A DNA stretch of 64,000 bases from Clostridia bacterium (GCA_900771345.1 CAAGNQ010000045.1:33230-97229), one strand, 5' to 3'; shown: positions 7,623 through 17,911, counted from the stretch's first letter. Numbers and translations are program-made. The notes: a model not told the origin generated them from the letters alone.

Positions 7623-9317
7623 ATGTTAAACCAAAAGAAGTTTTTAAGCAAAAAGAATCTTGTTCTTATTTGCGCTTCAGTTGTCATTATTGCATTGCTT
7701 ATTCTTGCAACTTGCACAAGTGAAGTAACGTCAACTGCTTGGGCATTATTACCACCTCTTATAGCGATAAGTCTTGCGCTTATTACTAAAGAAGTATATA
7801 GTTCGCTATTTTTGGGTATTTTGTCGGGCGCAATACTGGCTGCTAAATGGCGTCCAGCAGATACAATTAACGAGGTTGTTTCTACAGGATTAACAGCCGC
7901 AGTTTCTGATAGTGCAGGTATTTTTATATTCCTTATTGAACTCGGTATTCTCGTTTGCCTAGTAAACAAGGCAGGTGGCTCAAAAGCGTTTGGCGAATGG
8001 GCAAGAACTCACGTTAAAAGTAAAGTTGGCGCTGCAATTTGCACTTTTGTTTTAGGTATTTTAATCTTTATTGACGACTATTTTAACTGCTTAACGGTTG
8101 GCTCTGTTATGCGCCCTGTTACTGATAAACACAAAATTTCTCGTTCAAAACTTGCTTATTTAATCGACGCGACGGCTGCGCCTATTTGTATGATTGCACC
8201 TATCTCTTCTTGGGCGGCAGCAGTCAATCAGTATGCTAGAAATCCTCAAGAGGGTTTGCAATTATTCGTTGCCGCAATACCTTTTAACTTTTATTCTTTA
8301 TTAACCTTCGTGTTCATTATCGGAATAATAGTTATGAAAATGGACTTCGGTTTAATGAGAAAACATGAAATCAACGCTCAAAATGGCGATTTGTTTAGTG
8401 GTAAAAAGGTGTCTGCAGACGTTGAAAACGAATGTTCTTTCGGAAAGGTTATTGATTTGCTTCTTCCTATATTCGTTCTTATCGTTTCTTGCGTTATAGC
8501 GCTTATCTACGTTGGTGGATTCTTTGGCGATAATATTTATTACAATATAGATTGCTTTGATAATCCTGCCGATTACGTTAACAATAAAGGCAACTTTATA
8601 GGCGCTTTCGGTAGCACTGACGCATTCGTTGGTCTTCCTTGGGGTGGGCTAGTTACCCTTTTATTCACTATCGTTTATTTTGCTTTAAGAAAGGTTATAA
8701 ACATTAAAGACGCAATGGGCGCTCTTCCTAAAGGCTTTATTGCAATGGTGCCTGCAATGTTTATTTTAACTTTTGCAACGGCACTAAAGAACATTACCAA
8801 CGGCTCGCTAAACGCTGCAGGATTTGTTGAGAAAATGATGGCTGGCTTCCCTCCTGAACTCGCAAGATTCTTGCCTGCCGTAATCTTCTTGGTGGCTTGC
8901 ATTATCTCGTTTGCAACCGGAACAAGTTGGGGAACGTTCGGTATTTTAATTCCAATTGTTCAAAATATGTTCCCTAATAATCCAGAAATGATGGTGGTTG
9001 GAATTTCTGCCTGTCTTGCAGGTGCCGTTTGTGGCGATCACTGCTCACCTATTTCCGATACGACTATCATGAGTAGTGCAGGTGCTGAGTGTGAACATTT
9101 AAATCACGTTTCAACTCAAATTCCGTATGCATTATACGTTGCAATCGTTTCATTCGTTTGCTATATAATCGCAGGCTTTGTTCCTGTTTGGTATATCGCT
9201 CTTCCAATAGCAATTGCTATTATGATAGGTGCGCTATTAGTAACTAAGATTATCGTAAATAAAAAATACGGTAACGACGGTTATAATGGTTCAAGCGTTA
9301 ATGAAGTTAACGAGTAA
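7623..9317 (+). CDS. Na+/H+ antiporter NhaC-family transporter (probable lysine-responsive transporter)
   Basis: 564 aa polytopic protein. ALLPPLIAISLALITKEVYSSLFLGI and FIDDYFNCLTVGSVMRP are NhaC-family-like. SD AAAGGAGAAAAGG. Directly downstream of the L-box. Confidence 0.85.
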   Translation: MLNQKKFLSKKNLVLICASVVIIALLILATCTSEVTSTAWALLPPLIAISLALITKEVYSSLFLGILSGAILAAKWRPADTINEVVSTGLTAAVSDSAGIFIFLIELGILVCLVNKAGGSKAFGEWARTHVKSKVGAAICTFVLGILIFIDDYFNCLTVGSVMRPVTDKHKISRSKLAYLIDATAAPICMIAPISSWAAAVNQYARNPQEGLQLFVAAIPFNFYSLLTFVFIIGIIVMKMDFGLMRKHEINAQNGDLFSGKKVSADVENECSFGKVIDLLLPIFVLIVSCVIALIYVGGFFGDNIYYNIDCFDNPADYVNNKGNFIGAFGSTDAFVGLPWGGLVTLLFTIVYFALRKVINIKDAMGALPKGFIAMVPAMFILTFATALKNITNGSLNAAGFVEKMMAGFPPELARFLPAVIFLVACIISFATGTSWGTFGILIPIVQNMFPNNPEMMVVGISACLAGAVCGDHCSPISDTTIMSSAGAECEHLNHVSTQIPYALYVAIVSFVCYIIAGFVPVWYIALPIAIAIMIGALLVTKIIVNKKYGNDGYNGSSVNEVNE

Positions 9318-9333
9318 TTACGAGAATAAATTT

Positions 9334-9365
9334 AGGGGTTAGGCAGTTTTGCCTAACCCCTTTTT
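9334..9365. terminator. bidirectional intrinsic terminator (NhaC / coat-protein operon)
   Basis: AGGGGTTAGGC-AGTTTT-GCCTAACCCCT, with T5 on the plus side and an A/T run on the other. Confidence 0.75.
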
Positions 9366-9366
9366 A

Positions 9367-9654
9367 TTAACTTAATTGGTTTTTAACCTTTAAGAACTTA
9401 TTCTTTTGTTCTGAAAGCATTGTTTCTTCTGCCGATTGCACTTGATAATATCCGTGCTCAGTCATTTCCAAAAATACTGCCATTTGGTCTTCAACCACCT
9501 GTCCCCAATGATTTTTTACGAGTGTTCTAAAACCTTTTGACGCACTCTCGGTCATTACGGTTGAATAGATTTTTACTAAACTTTTTTCAACGTTTAGCAT
9601 ATCTTGAAGCGAATCCTTTTCGTTAAGAGTTATATCTGCTTTATAGTTTGACAT
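9367..9654 (-). CDS. spore coat protein, CotF (Coat_F) family
   Basis: 95 aa. LNEKDSLQDMLNVEKSLVKIYSTVMTESASKGFRTL...GYY resembles the Coat F domain pattern. Confidence 0.7.
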   Translation of the reverse strand: MSNYKADITLNEKDSLQDMLNVEKSLVKIYSTVMTESASKGFRTLVKNHWGQVVEDQMAVFLEMTEHGYYQVQSAEETMLSEQKNKFLKVKNQLS

Positions 9655-9666
9655 ACTTTTCCCTCC

Positions 9667-9852
9667 TTATAACATTTCAAGTAACGCGTTAAAACGCTTT
9701 TCGTGATTATCTGCAATCTTTGAAAAAGAATTTGCAAGTTCGGTGTCTGTTAAAATCCTCGAATATAGCCTTGCTTTTTTGCAAGCGCTTTCTTCCATTG
9801 TGAGAAGGTCACCTATAAGTGTTGCCTCCTTAGTTGTAAGCATATTGCCCAT
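9667..9852 (-). CDS. small hypothetical protein co-transcribed with the CotF-family gene
   Basis: 61 aa ORF, 12 nt upstream of the CotF gene, SD GGAGGTATTTTT. Helical, LTTKEATLIGDLLTMEE. Family not recognised with confidence. Confidence 0.45.
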   Translation of the reverse strand: MGNMLTTKEATLIGDLLTMEESACKKARLYSRILTDTELANSFSKIADNHEKRFNALLEML

Positions 9853-10011
9853 AAAAATACCTCCGTTTTTATATAGATTTTCCCCCGTTTATAAATTTTT
9901 ATACTCGCCATAGAAAGTTTTGCGTCTTTTTTATTCCATTATTTAATTATTCTTGATTAAAAGATTAAAAAGTTATATAATTATAGTTAATAAAAAATTT
10001 AAGGATAAATT

Positions 10012-11427
10012 ATGTTGAATACAACCCAAAATTTTATAACTAACAATAATAAATTGATTAAACTTTATACCTTTTATTTAAGCGTGTTTTTTCTTTTATC
10101 CTCACTAATCGCATATTTTGTTACTAATGAGAAAAATCTATTTTCTAATCTTTTAGTTATCTTCACCTCTCCCTCAAAACTGGTTACCGATTATTTTGCG
10201 TTAGGTGGGCTTGCAAGCACTCTTTTTAACGCTGGCATTTGTGGGCTTTTATCAAATCTTATAATAAGCCTTTTCAGTTCTCGTTGCACGGCGTCAACTC
10301 TTGCAGGATATCTTCTTGTAGTAGCGCATTGTTTTTACGGACTAAATTTAATAAATATGCTTCCTAGTATTCTAGGAGTTTTTCTCTACTGTGTTGTGAT
10401 GAAAAAACCTATCTCGGAAAACGTGCATATTTGTCTTTTTTCTACTGCACTCGGGCCGTTTATTAGTGACTTTTTGTTTAGATATGCTATAACCCTTTCG
10501 TCATCTAACTCGGGCGCTATCGTAATCGGTGGGGTTTTGGCGATTATATTCGGTCTTGCAACAGGGTTTATCGTGCCTGCACTTTTGCCTGGAACTACTG
10601 CTATGCACAGAGGATATAATATGTATAAGGCAGGTCTTGCAATCGGCATTTTGGGAATATTTTTGCATTCCTTTTTCTATACCTCTCTTGGCATTCCCAC
10701 TCCTGACGTTATAGAGATTAATAATCCTTCTTACTATAATTTGCCTTACGCTTACCGTGGTTTTATGAACGTGTTTTTTATCATTTTGTTTGCCTTAACC
10801 TTTATAATGGGAATACTTTTTGATAAAAACGGCTTAAAAAAATATAAAAGGCTACTAAAACAAACTGGTTATGGAATTGACTTTTTAGATAAATTCGGCT
10901 TTCCCGTTTGCTTAATCAATATAGGTTTTTATGGGTTTTGTATTTTAGCCTATCTTAATGTTATTTTTGTTCTTCCTGAAGTTTTTTCTTTCTTGCCTAA
11001 AGGGGTGGGGTTTACGGGCGCAACCGTTGGCGTTATTTTTGCAGCGCTAACCTTTTCAGCCGACGGGCAACAGCCAAGAACTGTTGCACCTATTATGCTT
11101 GGATACCTCTTGTTATCGGTAATTGTCTGTGCGATATGCTTAATAACTAAACTGCCTGTGCCGTGGACTCTTTCTACTCAAAGTTATATTAACGGCTTAG
11201 CATTTGCCACTGGGCTTTGCCCTTTTTCAGGAAAATACGGGTTTAAGATAGGAATAATCGCAGGGCTACTAAGTGCCGTGATTTGTACTGCAACGGCAGA
11301 TATGCACGGTGGATTCGTGCTTTATAACGGTGGGTTTACTGCAGGACTTACTGCGCTAGTTTTACTGCCAATTTTAGATTTTTATAAAATTAAACCAAAA
11401 TTTGACGACGACTCTTTAGAAAACTGA
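10012..11427 (+). CDS. polytopic integral membrane protein (possibly DUF1576-like)
   Basis: 471 aa with about 12 hydrophobic segments. SD AAGGA. The family assignment is from memory only and is weak. Confidence 0.6.
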   Translation: MLNTTQNFITNNNKLIKLYTFYLSVFFLLSSLIAYFVTNEKNLFSNLLVIFTSPSKLVTDYFALGGLASTLFNAGICGLLSNLIISLFSSRCTASTLAGYLLVVAHCFYGLNLINMLPSILGVFLYCVVMKKPISENVHICLFSTALGPFISDFLFRYAITLSSSNSGAIVIGGVLAIIFGLATGFIVPALLPGTTAMHRGYNMYKAGLAIGILGIFLHSFFYTSLGIPTPDVIEINNPSYYNLPYAYRGFMNVFFIILFALTFIMGILFDKNGLKKYKRLLKQTGYGIDFLDKFGFPVCLINIGFYGFCILAYLNVIFVLPEVFSFLPKGVGFTGATVGVIFAALTFSADGQQPRTVAPIMLGYLLLSVIVCAICLITKLPVPWTLSTQSYINGLAFATGLCPFSGKYGFKIGIIAGLLSAVICTATADMHGGFVLYNGGFTAGLTALVLLPILDFYKIKPKFDDDSLEN

Positions 11428-11440
11428 TTTGTTTAAAAAT

Positions 11441-11476
11441 AAATATCCACCAGCCTAGCTGGTGGATATTTATTTT
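11441..11476. terminator. bidirectional intrinsic terminator (membrane protein / PEPCK)
   Basis: AAATATCCACCAGC-CTA-GCTGGTGGATATTT flanked by A and T runs. Confidence 0.75.
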
Positions 11477-11487
11477 GATTTTTTAGG

Positions 11488-13263
11488 TTATTTATTGAGG
11501 TTAGATTTCAAAGTTTCAAGTTGCGATTTCAACTCGTCAGGTACTCTCGTAAGTTCGCCATAGAATTGCTCGATACCTTTTGCCTCTTCTTTCCAGTTCT
11601 CTACGTCAACTGTTAGAAGGTCTTTAATAGTTTCAAGCGAAACGTCCTCTAATCCTTCAATATTAATATCTTCTGCCTTTGGTACGAAACCGATAGGTGT
11701 TTCAACAGCGTCAACCTTGCCCTCGCAACGATTGATAATCCATTCAAGAACACGCATATTGTCACCAAATCCTGGCCAAATGAAGTTGCCTTCATCATCA
11801 GTTCTGAACCAGTTTACGTTGAAGATTTGTGGCTTTTTAGCAATCTTATCGCCCATTTCAATCCAGTGGCCAAAGTAATCGCCCATATTGTAACCAACGA
11901 AAGGTCTCATAGCCATAGGGTCACGACGAACAACACCAACAGCGCCTGTTGCGGCAGCAGTTGTTTCACTCGCCATAATTGAGCCTACGAATACGCCGTT
12001 ATTCCAATCTTTGCTTTGATATACTAATGGAGCAGTCTTTGCTCTTCTTCCACCGAATACGATTGCTTCTAGTGGAACGCCGTTAGGTGCTTCAAATTGG
12101 TCAGAAATGCAAGGGCAGTTAATAGCAGGTGCTGTGAAACGGCTGTTTGGATGAGCGCCTTTAATAGGCTTTCCGTCAGCGTCCTTCATATCGCCATTCC
12201 AAGGGTTACCCTTCCAGTCGATAGCGTTCTTTGGTGGATTTTTATCCAAACCTTCCCACCAAACAGTGCCGTCGTCAAGATTTTCAACAACGTTGGTAAA
12301 GATTGTGTTTTTAGTTGTAGACTTAAGAGCGTTAGGGTTAGACTTAATATTTGTTCCTGGTGCAACGCCAAAGAAACCGTTTTCTGGGTTTACTGCCCAA
12401 AGTCTTCCGTCTTCGCCAACTCTAATCCAAGCAATATCGTCACCAACGCATTCGATTTCATAACCTTTTTCTAAATAGGATTTTGGTGGGATAAGCATAG
12501 CGAGGTTTGTTTTACCACAAGCACTTGGGAATGCAGCAGCGATATATTTCTTTTCGCCGTTTGGCTTTTTAATGCCAAGAATAAGCATGTGCTCTGCCAT
12601 CCAGCCTTCGGTTTTTCCAAGATATGATGCGATACGAAGTGCGAAACATTTCTTACCTAATAGAACGTTTCCACCATAGTTAGAGTTTATTGACATAATT
12701 GCATTCTCTTCTGGGAAATGCATAATGTATCTCTTTTCTTCAGAAAGTTCGGCATAAGAATGCAAACCTTTAATGAAATCGCCGTCACCCAAAGCGTCAA
12801 GAACTGCCTTGCCAACTCTGGTCATTATTGCCATATTGAGTACAACGTAGATTGAGTCGGTTAATTCGATACCGATTTTTGAGAACTTGCTTCCTACTGC
12901 GCCCATAGAATATGGAATAACGTACATAGTTCTGCCCTTCATAACCCCGTTGAAAAGGTCGTTCATAAGGCTCATTGCTTGGCTCGTTTCCATCCAGTTA
13001 TTGATAGGAGCAGAGTCGTCTTTATTCTTTGAACAGATATATGTTCTGCCTTCAACTCTCGCTACGTCATTAACCGTCGTACGGTGAAGATAACATCCTG
13101 GCAACTTTTCTTGATTAAGTTTGATAAGAATCTTTTCGTCGCAAGCCTGCTGTCTCAACGCGTCTAGTTGTTCTTCGCTTCCATCAATCCAAACGATTTC
13201 TCTTGGTTGACAAAGTTCTTTTGTCTCTTGAATAAAATCCAAGACTTTCTTGTTCGTTGTCAT
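11488..13263 (-). CDS. pck: phosphoenolpyruvate carboxykinase (GTP)
   Basis: 591 aa, length and motifs of the GTP-dependent PEPCK family (AAAFPSACGKTNLAM kinase-1a P-loop, WMAEHMLILG, NWFR). SD AAGGAGA. Confidence 0.95.
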   Translation of the reverse strand: MTTNKKVLDFIQETKELCQPREIVWIDGSEEQLDALRQQACDEKILIKLNQEKLPGCYLHRTTVNDVARVEGRTYICSKNKDDSAPINNWMETSQAMSLMNDLFNGVMKGRTMYVIPYSMGAVGSKFSKIGIELTDSIYVVLNMAIMTRVGKAVLDALGDGDFIKGLHSYAELSEEKRYIMHFPEENAIMSINSNYGGNVLLGKKCFALRIASYLGKTEGWMAEHMLILGIKKPNGEKKYIAAAFPSACGKTNLAMLIPPKSYLEKGYEIECVGDDIAWIRVGEDGRLWAVNPENGFFGVAPGTNIKSNPNALKSTTKNTIFTNVVENLDDGTVWWEGLDKNPPKNAIDWKGNPWNGDMKDADGKPIKGAHPNSRFTAPAINCPCISDQFEAPNGVPLEAIVFGGRRAKTAPLVYQSKDWNNGVFVGSIMASETTAAATGAVGVVRRDPMAMRPFVGYNMGDYFGHWIEMGDKIAKKPQIFNVNWFRTDDEGNFIWPGFGDNMRVLEWIINRCEGKVDAVETPIGFVPKAEDINIEGLEDVSLETIKDLLTVDVENWKEEAKGIEQFYGELTRVPDELKSQLETLKSNLNK

Positions 13264-13598
13264 AATTATTCTCCTTATGTGCTCTCGGTTTACTCCGAGT
13301 TTTTTACCATTAAATTATAAGTGATAAAATGCCTTTTTATTCTTAAAACAATGGATAAATAATGTTTAAATTTTCACTGTTTTTTAAAAAACTTCTTTTA
13401 TCTTATTGTACATTTTATCATAAACCTTGTCAAAAGTAAAGGCATTAATTGGCATTTTTATAATTTTGAAAATTATTTTTCTTCTCTTTCGACCTTTTCT
13501 CTCTCTATTCTCTATATTGATTTCTTTTTTTCTCTCTAAAACCATATATATTATAAGAAAACACTTTTTGTTATACTCTTCTAAAAGGATTTTTTATT

Positions 13599-14594
13599 AT
13601 GAATTTTTTAAAAAAAGTTATCGTTATTAAACAGATAGAAAAAGGCTATTCACTCTTCGACAAAACGGTTAGTGGAATTGCTAGGATAGAAGTTGAAAAC
13701 GGCGAAGCAGATTTTTCCTTGTCGATAATCAATCTCGCTCTGCCACCTTCTGGAAACTACTCTGTATTCTTGCTTGACGGAAAGGGAGAACTTTTCTCCT
13801 TTGAGTTTGGCGCGCGACCAGATTTTTTAGTTAAAAAATTCTCTTCTGTTCCCGACCTTAGCAAACTCTCTGTCGGTATTGTATTTATCGATAACTGTAT
13901 TCCATTAACGGTGGCGTTTGGAACAACCGAAAACGAAAATTTTGAGTTATCTTTGTCTAGGTTTAATAAACTTATTGCCGAACATTATTGTAAAATATAT
14001 AACAACGAGCAAAAAAAATTACAAACTATACCGGAAAAAGAGATGATTTATAACGACGAAGCAGTGGCGACTGAGAATTATTTTTCTTTTGATGAAATAG
14101 AAGAGAAACTAGAGTGTATTAAGGAGCGTGATAATGAAAAATTATCGAATGAAAATGAATTGCCTGCTTATCGTAGCAAAGAAAAAGAGAAAAAAAGCGA
14201 CGAGGATTGTGACGGCGCTCAAAATGAAGCAGGCTTTGACCGTGGCAAAAAATATTCAGCCTCAAACCCATATTATCTCTCCGTTCAAGGAGAATTAGAT
14301 GAAATTTTTGATAAATTCCCCGAAGAAAAAGAACTGCAAAAGACCTTTCATAAAAGCCGTTGGGCTAAAGTTTTTTATTCGGATACAAAATACTACGTTG
14401 TGGGACTAGTTTTTGAGGACGATAAGGAAAAATATATTTGTTACGGCGTTCCTGCAACCTACTCAAAAGAACCTCCTAAAGAGTTAAAGGGGTTTTGCTC
14501 GTTTATTCCATTATCTATTTTTTCGCTTCTAGGTGACGGATACTGGATGATGTTTCAAGACGCCGTTACCGGCGAATGCATTAAGCCCAAATAA
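13599..14594 (+). CDS. hypothetical protein: two domains joined by an acidic low-complexity linker
   Basis: 331 aa. SD AAAGGA and an extended -10 (TGTTATACT) upstream. C-terminal block YYVVGLVFEDDKEKYICYGVP...GYWMMFQDAVTGE looks conserved, but I cannot name a family. Confidence 0.6.
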   Translation: MNFLKKVIVIKQIEKGYSLFDKTVSGIARIEVENGEADFSLSIINLALPPSGNYSVFLLDGKGELFSFEFGARPDFLVKKFSSVPDLSKLSVGIVFIDNCIPLTVAFGTTENENFELSLSRFNKLIAEHYCKIYNNEQKKLQTIPEKEMIYNDEAVATENYFSFDEIEEKLECIKERDNEKLSNENELPAYRSKEKEKKSDEDCDGAQNEAGFDRGKKYSASNPYYLSVQGELDEIFDKFPEEKELQKTFHKSRWAKVFYSDTKYYVVGLVFEDDKEKYICYGVPATYSKEPPKELKGFCSFIPLSIFSLLGDGYWMMFQDAVTGECIKPK

Positions 14595-14656
14595 AAAGTT
14601 TGATTTATTTTATAATTTATGCTAAACTAATTAAACTTAATAATTTTTGAGGTTTT

Positions 14657-15496
14657 ATGGCTAGCAAAAGAAAACTCTGCCTTGCAACGAGTGGCACTTT
14701 TCCACTTGGCGAAAAAGAGCAGTTGGAAAAATTTAAGAGGGTGGGCATTAACGGGTTTTTCTCGGTGTATAAAAGTGACGAGCAAATTTTTGACCTTTGC
14801 AATCATTCCCAAAAACTAGGACTATTTTTTCAGTCCATTCACGCTATGCACTTAAATATGCGTGGGCTTTGGTTTGATGAAAACGAATCAAACTTTATTG
14901 CCGAAAATTTTAAAAAGACCATTGCCTGCGCGCACTCTTCTGGGGTTGATAGAGTTGTTATGCATCTTTATTGTGGGTTCTTAAAAGAAAACCCTACTAA
15001 ACTTGGTATTAATAAGGTTAGCGAGATTTTGGAAACGGCTTATAAATACGGGGTTAAACTGTGTTTTGAAAACCTTGAGGGCGCAAACTTTTTAGAGGCA
15101 GTTTTAGACGAGTTTAAGGATAATCCTTACGCAAGATTTTGTTATGACACCGGTCACGAAAATTGCTATCTAGGAAAATCAACGGTGGAAAAGTATATTG
15201 ACAGAATAAGCGTTATGCATATTAACGATAATCTAGGGGTTAGAATGCCGAGTTTGGGGATAAACGGCAAGGACGATTTGCATCTTCTGCCGTTTGACGG
15301 AAAGGTTGATTTTGACCGTGTGGCTGATATCGTTATTAAGGCTGGGCTAAAAAACGAACTTACTTTTGAACTAAAAATTTCTAAAGACGAGGCGTCTAAT
15401 AAATACAGGCAGATGAGTTTTGACGAGTATTTAGATTTGGCGTTTAGCAGAATGAAAAAGTTTGCAAATCTAGTTGATAATAAACTTTGCAAATAA
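14657..15496 (+). CDS. sugar phosphate isomerase/epimerase family protein (xylose-isomerase-like TIM barrel)
   Basis: 279 aa. VVMHL, FENLEG and CYDTGHE match metal-ligand motifs of the AP_endonuc_2 TIM-barrel family. Confidence 0.75.
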   Translation: MASKRKLCLATSGTFPLGEKEQLEKFKRVGINGFFSVYKSDEQIFDLCNHSQKLGLFFQSIHAMHLNMRGLWFDENESNFIAENFKKTIACAHSSGVDRVVMHLYCGFLKENPTKLGINKVSEILETAYKYGVKLCFENLEGANFLEAVLDEFKDNPYARFCYDTGHENCYLGKSTVEKYIDRISVMHINDNLGVRMPSLGINGKDDLHLLPFDGKVDFDRVADIVIKAGLKNELTFELKISKDEASNKYRQMSFDEYLDLAFSRMKKFANLVDNKLCK

Positions 15497-15510
15497 TACT
15501 AATAAAAAAT

Positions 15511-15544
15511 AAAAGCAAGCCGATTGGCTTGCTTTTGTTTTTTT
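15511..15544. terminator. bidirectional intrinsic terminator (TIM-barrel gene / purC)
   Basis: AAAAGCAAGCC-GATT-GGCTTGCTTTT plus a T-run. Confidence 0.75.
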
Positions 15545-15550
15545 AGAAAA

Positions 15551-16249
15551 TTATCTGTTGTTGATGAGTTTTGTTAGTTCTACTGGCTCAACAATTTTAT
15601 CGCCCTTGTAAACACGCATATTTCCCGATGCAATCTCGTCAATAAGAATAACTTCGCCGTTATTATAACCAAATTCAAACTTAATATCCCAAAGGTCAAG
15701 TCCGATTTTTCTTAAATCCTCTGCAACGATATTAGTGATTTTAAGAGTTTGCTCTTTCATGCTCTCAAACATTTCCGGAGTCATAACACCGAGTGCTGCA
15801 AGCCCTTCACCTGTAACGAGTGGGTCACCCTTTTCGTCGTTCTTAAAGGTACACTCAACGTATCCACCCTTTAGTGGCGTGCCGTTTTTGATATATTCAC
15901 CGTATCTACGAATAAAACTTCCCGTTGCAACTAGACGGCAAATAACTTCTAGTCCGTTACCACCTTGAGCCTTGCCGAAACACTCTGCAGGAAGAACTTC
16001 CATAGTAGCGTTTTCTATATCTGCAGAAACGTAATGAGTTTTAATGCCTGCTTTTTTAAGCATTTCAAAATAATAAACTGAAGTTTGAAGGTTTGCTTTG
16101 CCGATACCGTCAATAGTAAGCCCAACTGAATTTTCACCTGGGTCAAACACGCCGTCTTTACCCGTGCAATCGTCCTTAAACTTTAAAAGAACGTTGCCGT
16201 TTTCAAGTTCATAAACATCTTTTGTTTTACCTGCATAAAGTTTTTTCAT
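15551..16249 (-). CDS. purC: phosphoribosylaminoimidazole-succinocarboxamide synthase (SAICAR synthetase)
   Basis: 232 aa. [11 protein letters not shown]...LLKFKDD...DGIGKAN..., typical PurC. TTGCAA-17-TATAAT promoter upstream. No purine riboswitch seen in the short leader. Confidence 0.95.
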   Translation of the reverse strand: MKKLYAGKTKDVYELENGNVLLKFKDDCTGKDGVFDPGENSVGLTIDGIGKANLQTSVYYFEMLKKAGIKTHYVSADIENATMEVLPAECFGKAQGGNGLEVICRLVATGSFIRRYGEYIKNGTPLKGGYVECTFKNDEKGDPLVTGEGLAALGVMTPEMFESMKEQTLKITNIVAEDLRKIGLDLWDIKFEFGYNNGEVILIDEIASGNMRVYKGDKIVEPVELTKLINNR

Positions 16250-16371
16250 AAGAATACCTGCTTAATTTTTTTTACTTTTTTATTATATCAAAAACTTTTC
16301 CTATTTGCAACAACTTATAAGACATAAAATAAAAGCGACTATAATTTTTTCTTATACTCGCTTTTAATTTG

Positions 16372-17145
16372 CTAAATTCTTATATGATTTTTTATTTCTT
16401 TAAGCGCCGTCTTTTCCAGCCTGCTTACTTGCGCTTGGGAAATCCCTACCTCGTTGGATATTTCCGTTTGAGTTTTTCCCTCGAAATACCTAAGCCTTAT
16501 AATCTTTTTTTCTCTATCTTTAAGATTATCAAGCGCAGTAAAGAGCGCCACGTTTTCCGTCCACGTTTCGTCGGTGTTCTTTTCATCGCCTATTTGATCA
16601 ACGAGAAGAAGTTCGTCGCCGTTTTTACTATACACGGGGTCGTAAAGGGAAACGGTGTCCGAAATGGCGTCAAGCGCGTAAACTACTTCTGAAAGTTTAA
16701 TTTTTAGTTCGCCTGCAATCCTCTCAAGCGTTGCCTCCTCGTCCATTTTTTCTATCTCGCTCCGAGTTTTTAGAACTTGATAGGCAGTATCGCGAATACT
16801 TCTTGAAATTCTTAAACTGTTATTATCGCGAAGATGCCTCTTAACTTCGCCTACAATCATTGGCACGGCATAGGTGGAAAACTTTACGCCCACCGATAGG
16901 TCAAAGTTGTCCATTGCCTTAATCAGTCCTATACAGCCTGCCTGAAAAACGTCGTCAGAACTTTTTGTTTTAGAGGAATACCTCTTTATAATCGACAAAA
17001 CTAGACGCATATTCCCCACAATAAATTGCTCTCTTGCCTCTTTGTCCCCCTCTTTTATGCGAACTAAAAGTTCGTTCATTTCTTTTTCTTTTAGCCTTGG
17101 AAGAGTGGAAGTATTCACCCCACAAATTACAACTGATTTACCCAT
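16372..17145 (-). CDS. sigG: RNA polymerase sporulation sigma factor SigG
   Basis: 257 aa. VVICGVNTSTLPRLKEKEMNELL..., GNMRLVLSIIKRY, FSTYAVPMIVGEVKRHLRDNN are near-identical in pattern to B. subtilis SigG. Immediately downstream of sigE, as in the classical operon. Confidence 0.9.
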   Translation of the reverse strand: MGKSVVICGVNTSTLPRLKEKEMNELLVRIKEGDKEAREQFIVGNMRLVLSIIKRYSSKTKSSDDVFQAGCIGLIKAMDNFDLSVGVKFSTYAVPMIVGEVKRHLRDNNSLRISRSIRDTAYQVLKTRSEIEKMDEEATLERIAGELKIKLSEVVYALDAISDTVSLYDPVYSKNGDELLLVDQIGDEKNTDETWTENVALFTALDNLKDREKKIIRLRYFEGKTQTEISNEVGISQAQVSRLEKTALKEIKNHIRI

Positions 17146-17203
17146 AAAACCTCCTTATGTAAAAATTCAGAAGGTCCTTTAAGTATGGGCTAGTAAAAAT
17201 TTT

Positions 17204-17911
17204 TTATACCATTTTTGCAAATTCTTTTTGAAGCCTACCGATAATCTTTTTCTCCAACCTTGATATGTAACTTTGCGATATTCCCAAAAGGTCTGCTACT
17301 TCTTTTTGAGTCAACTCCTCCCCTCCAGAAAGACCGTATCTTAACTGCATAATCTCCTTTTCGCGATTGTTGAGTTTATCAAGCGCAACTTTTAAAAGTT
17401 CGCTCTCAACCCCGTTTTCAATCTTTTTATAAACGACGTCTCCATCCGTACCCATAACGTCAGAGAGCATAAGTTCGTTGCCCTCCCAGTCAATATTAAG
17501 TGGCTCGTCAAAAGACACCTCGCTTTTTAGTTTGACCGTGCGCCTTAAATGCATAAGTATTTCGTTTTCAATACACCTTGAGGCATAGGTTGCAAGTTTA
17601 ATATTTTTATCGGCATTGAAAGAGTTGACTGCCTTAATAAGCCCTATCGTTCCTACCGACACTAGGTCGTCTAAATCGACGCCCGTGTTTTCAAAACGGC
17701 GAGCAATATAGATAACTAGTCGTAAATTATGCTCGACGAGTTTATCTCTAATCTGCTTTTCTCCGTCCTCCAACCTTTCAATCATTCTCGCCTCTTCGTC
17801 GGCAGAATAAGGCAGTGGCAAAGCCTCTCCACTCCCGATAAACTTTAGTAGGTTATCGCTGAGCGAAAAAATCTCAAGAAATTTTTTTAGCCTCTTCATT
17901 ACACTTAGCAT
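17204..17911 (-). CDS. sigE: RNA polymerase sporulation sigma factor SigE (pro-sigma-E)
   Basis: [52 protein letters not shown] matches the pro-SigE pattern. Start set at ATG 17911 ([11 protein letters not shown]...), 9 nt after GGAGGA. It overlaps the spoIIGA 3' end by 38 nt. The longer track ORF (to 17962) is unsupported. Confidence 0.9.
   Translation of the reverse strand: MLSVMKRLKKFLEIFSLSDNLLKFIGSGEALPLPYSADEEARMIERLEDGEKQIRDKLVEHNLRLVIYIARRFENTGVDLDDLVSVGTIGLIKAVNSFNADKNIKLATYASRCIENEILMHLRRTVKLKSEVSFDEPLNIDWEGNELMLSDVMGTDGDVVYKKIENGVESELLKVALDKLNNREKEIMQLRYGLSGGEELTQKEVADLLGISQSYISRLEKKIIGRLQKEFAKMV

Noticed and set aside
13427-13630. 67-aa TTG-start ORF and the pyrimidine (CT)-rich tract at about 13480-13550.
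   Set aside because: The ORF is a poly-F/L/I translation of T-rich promoter DNA. The CT tract is short and not repeated elsewhere in the window, so I could not attach a function.
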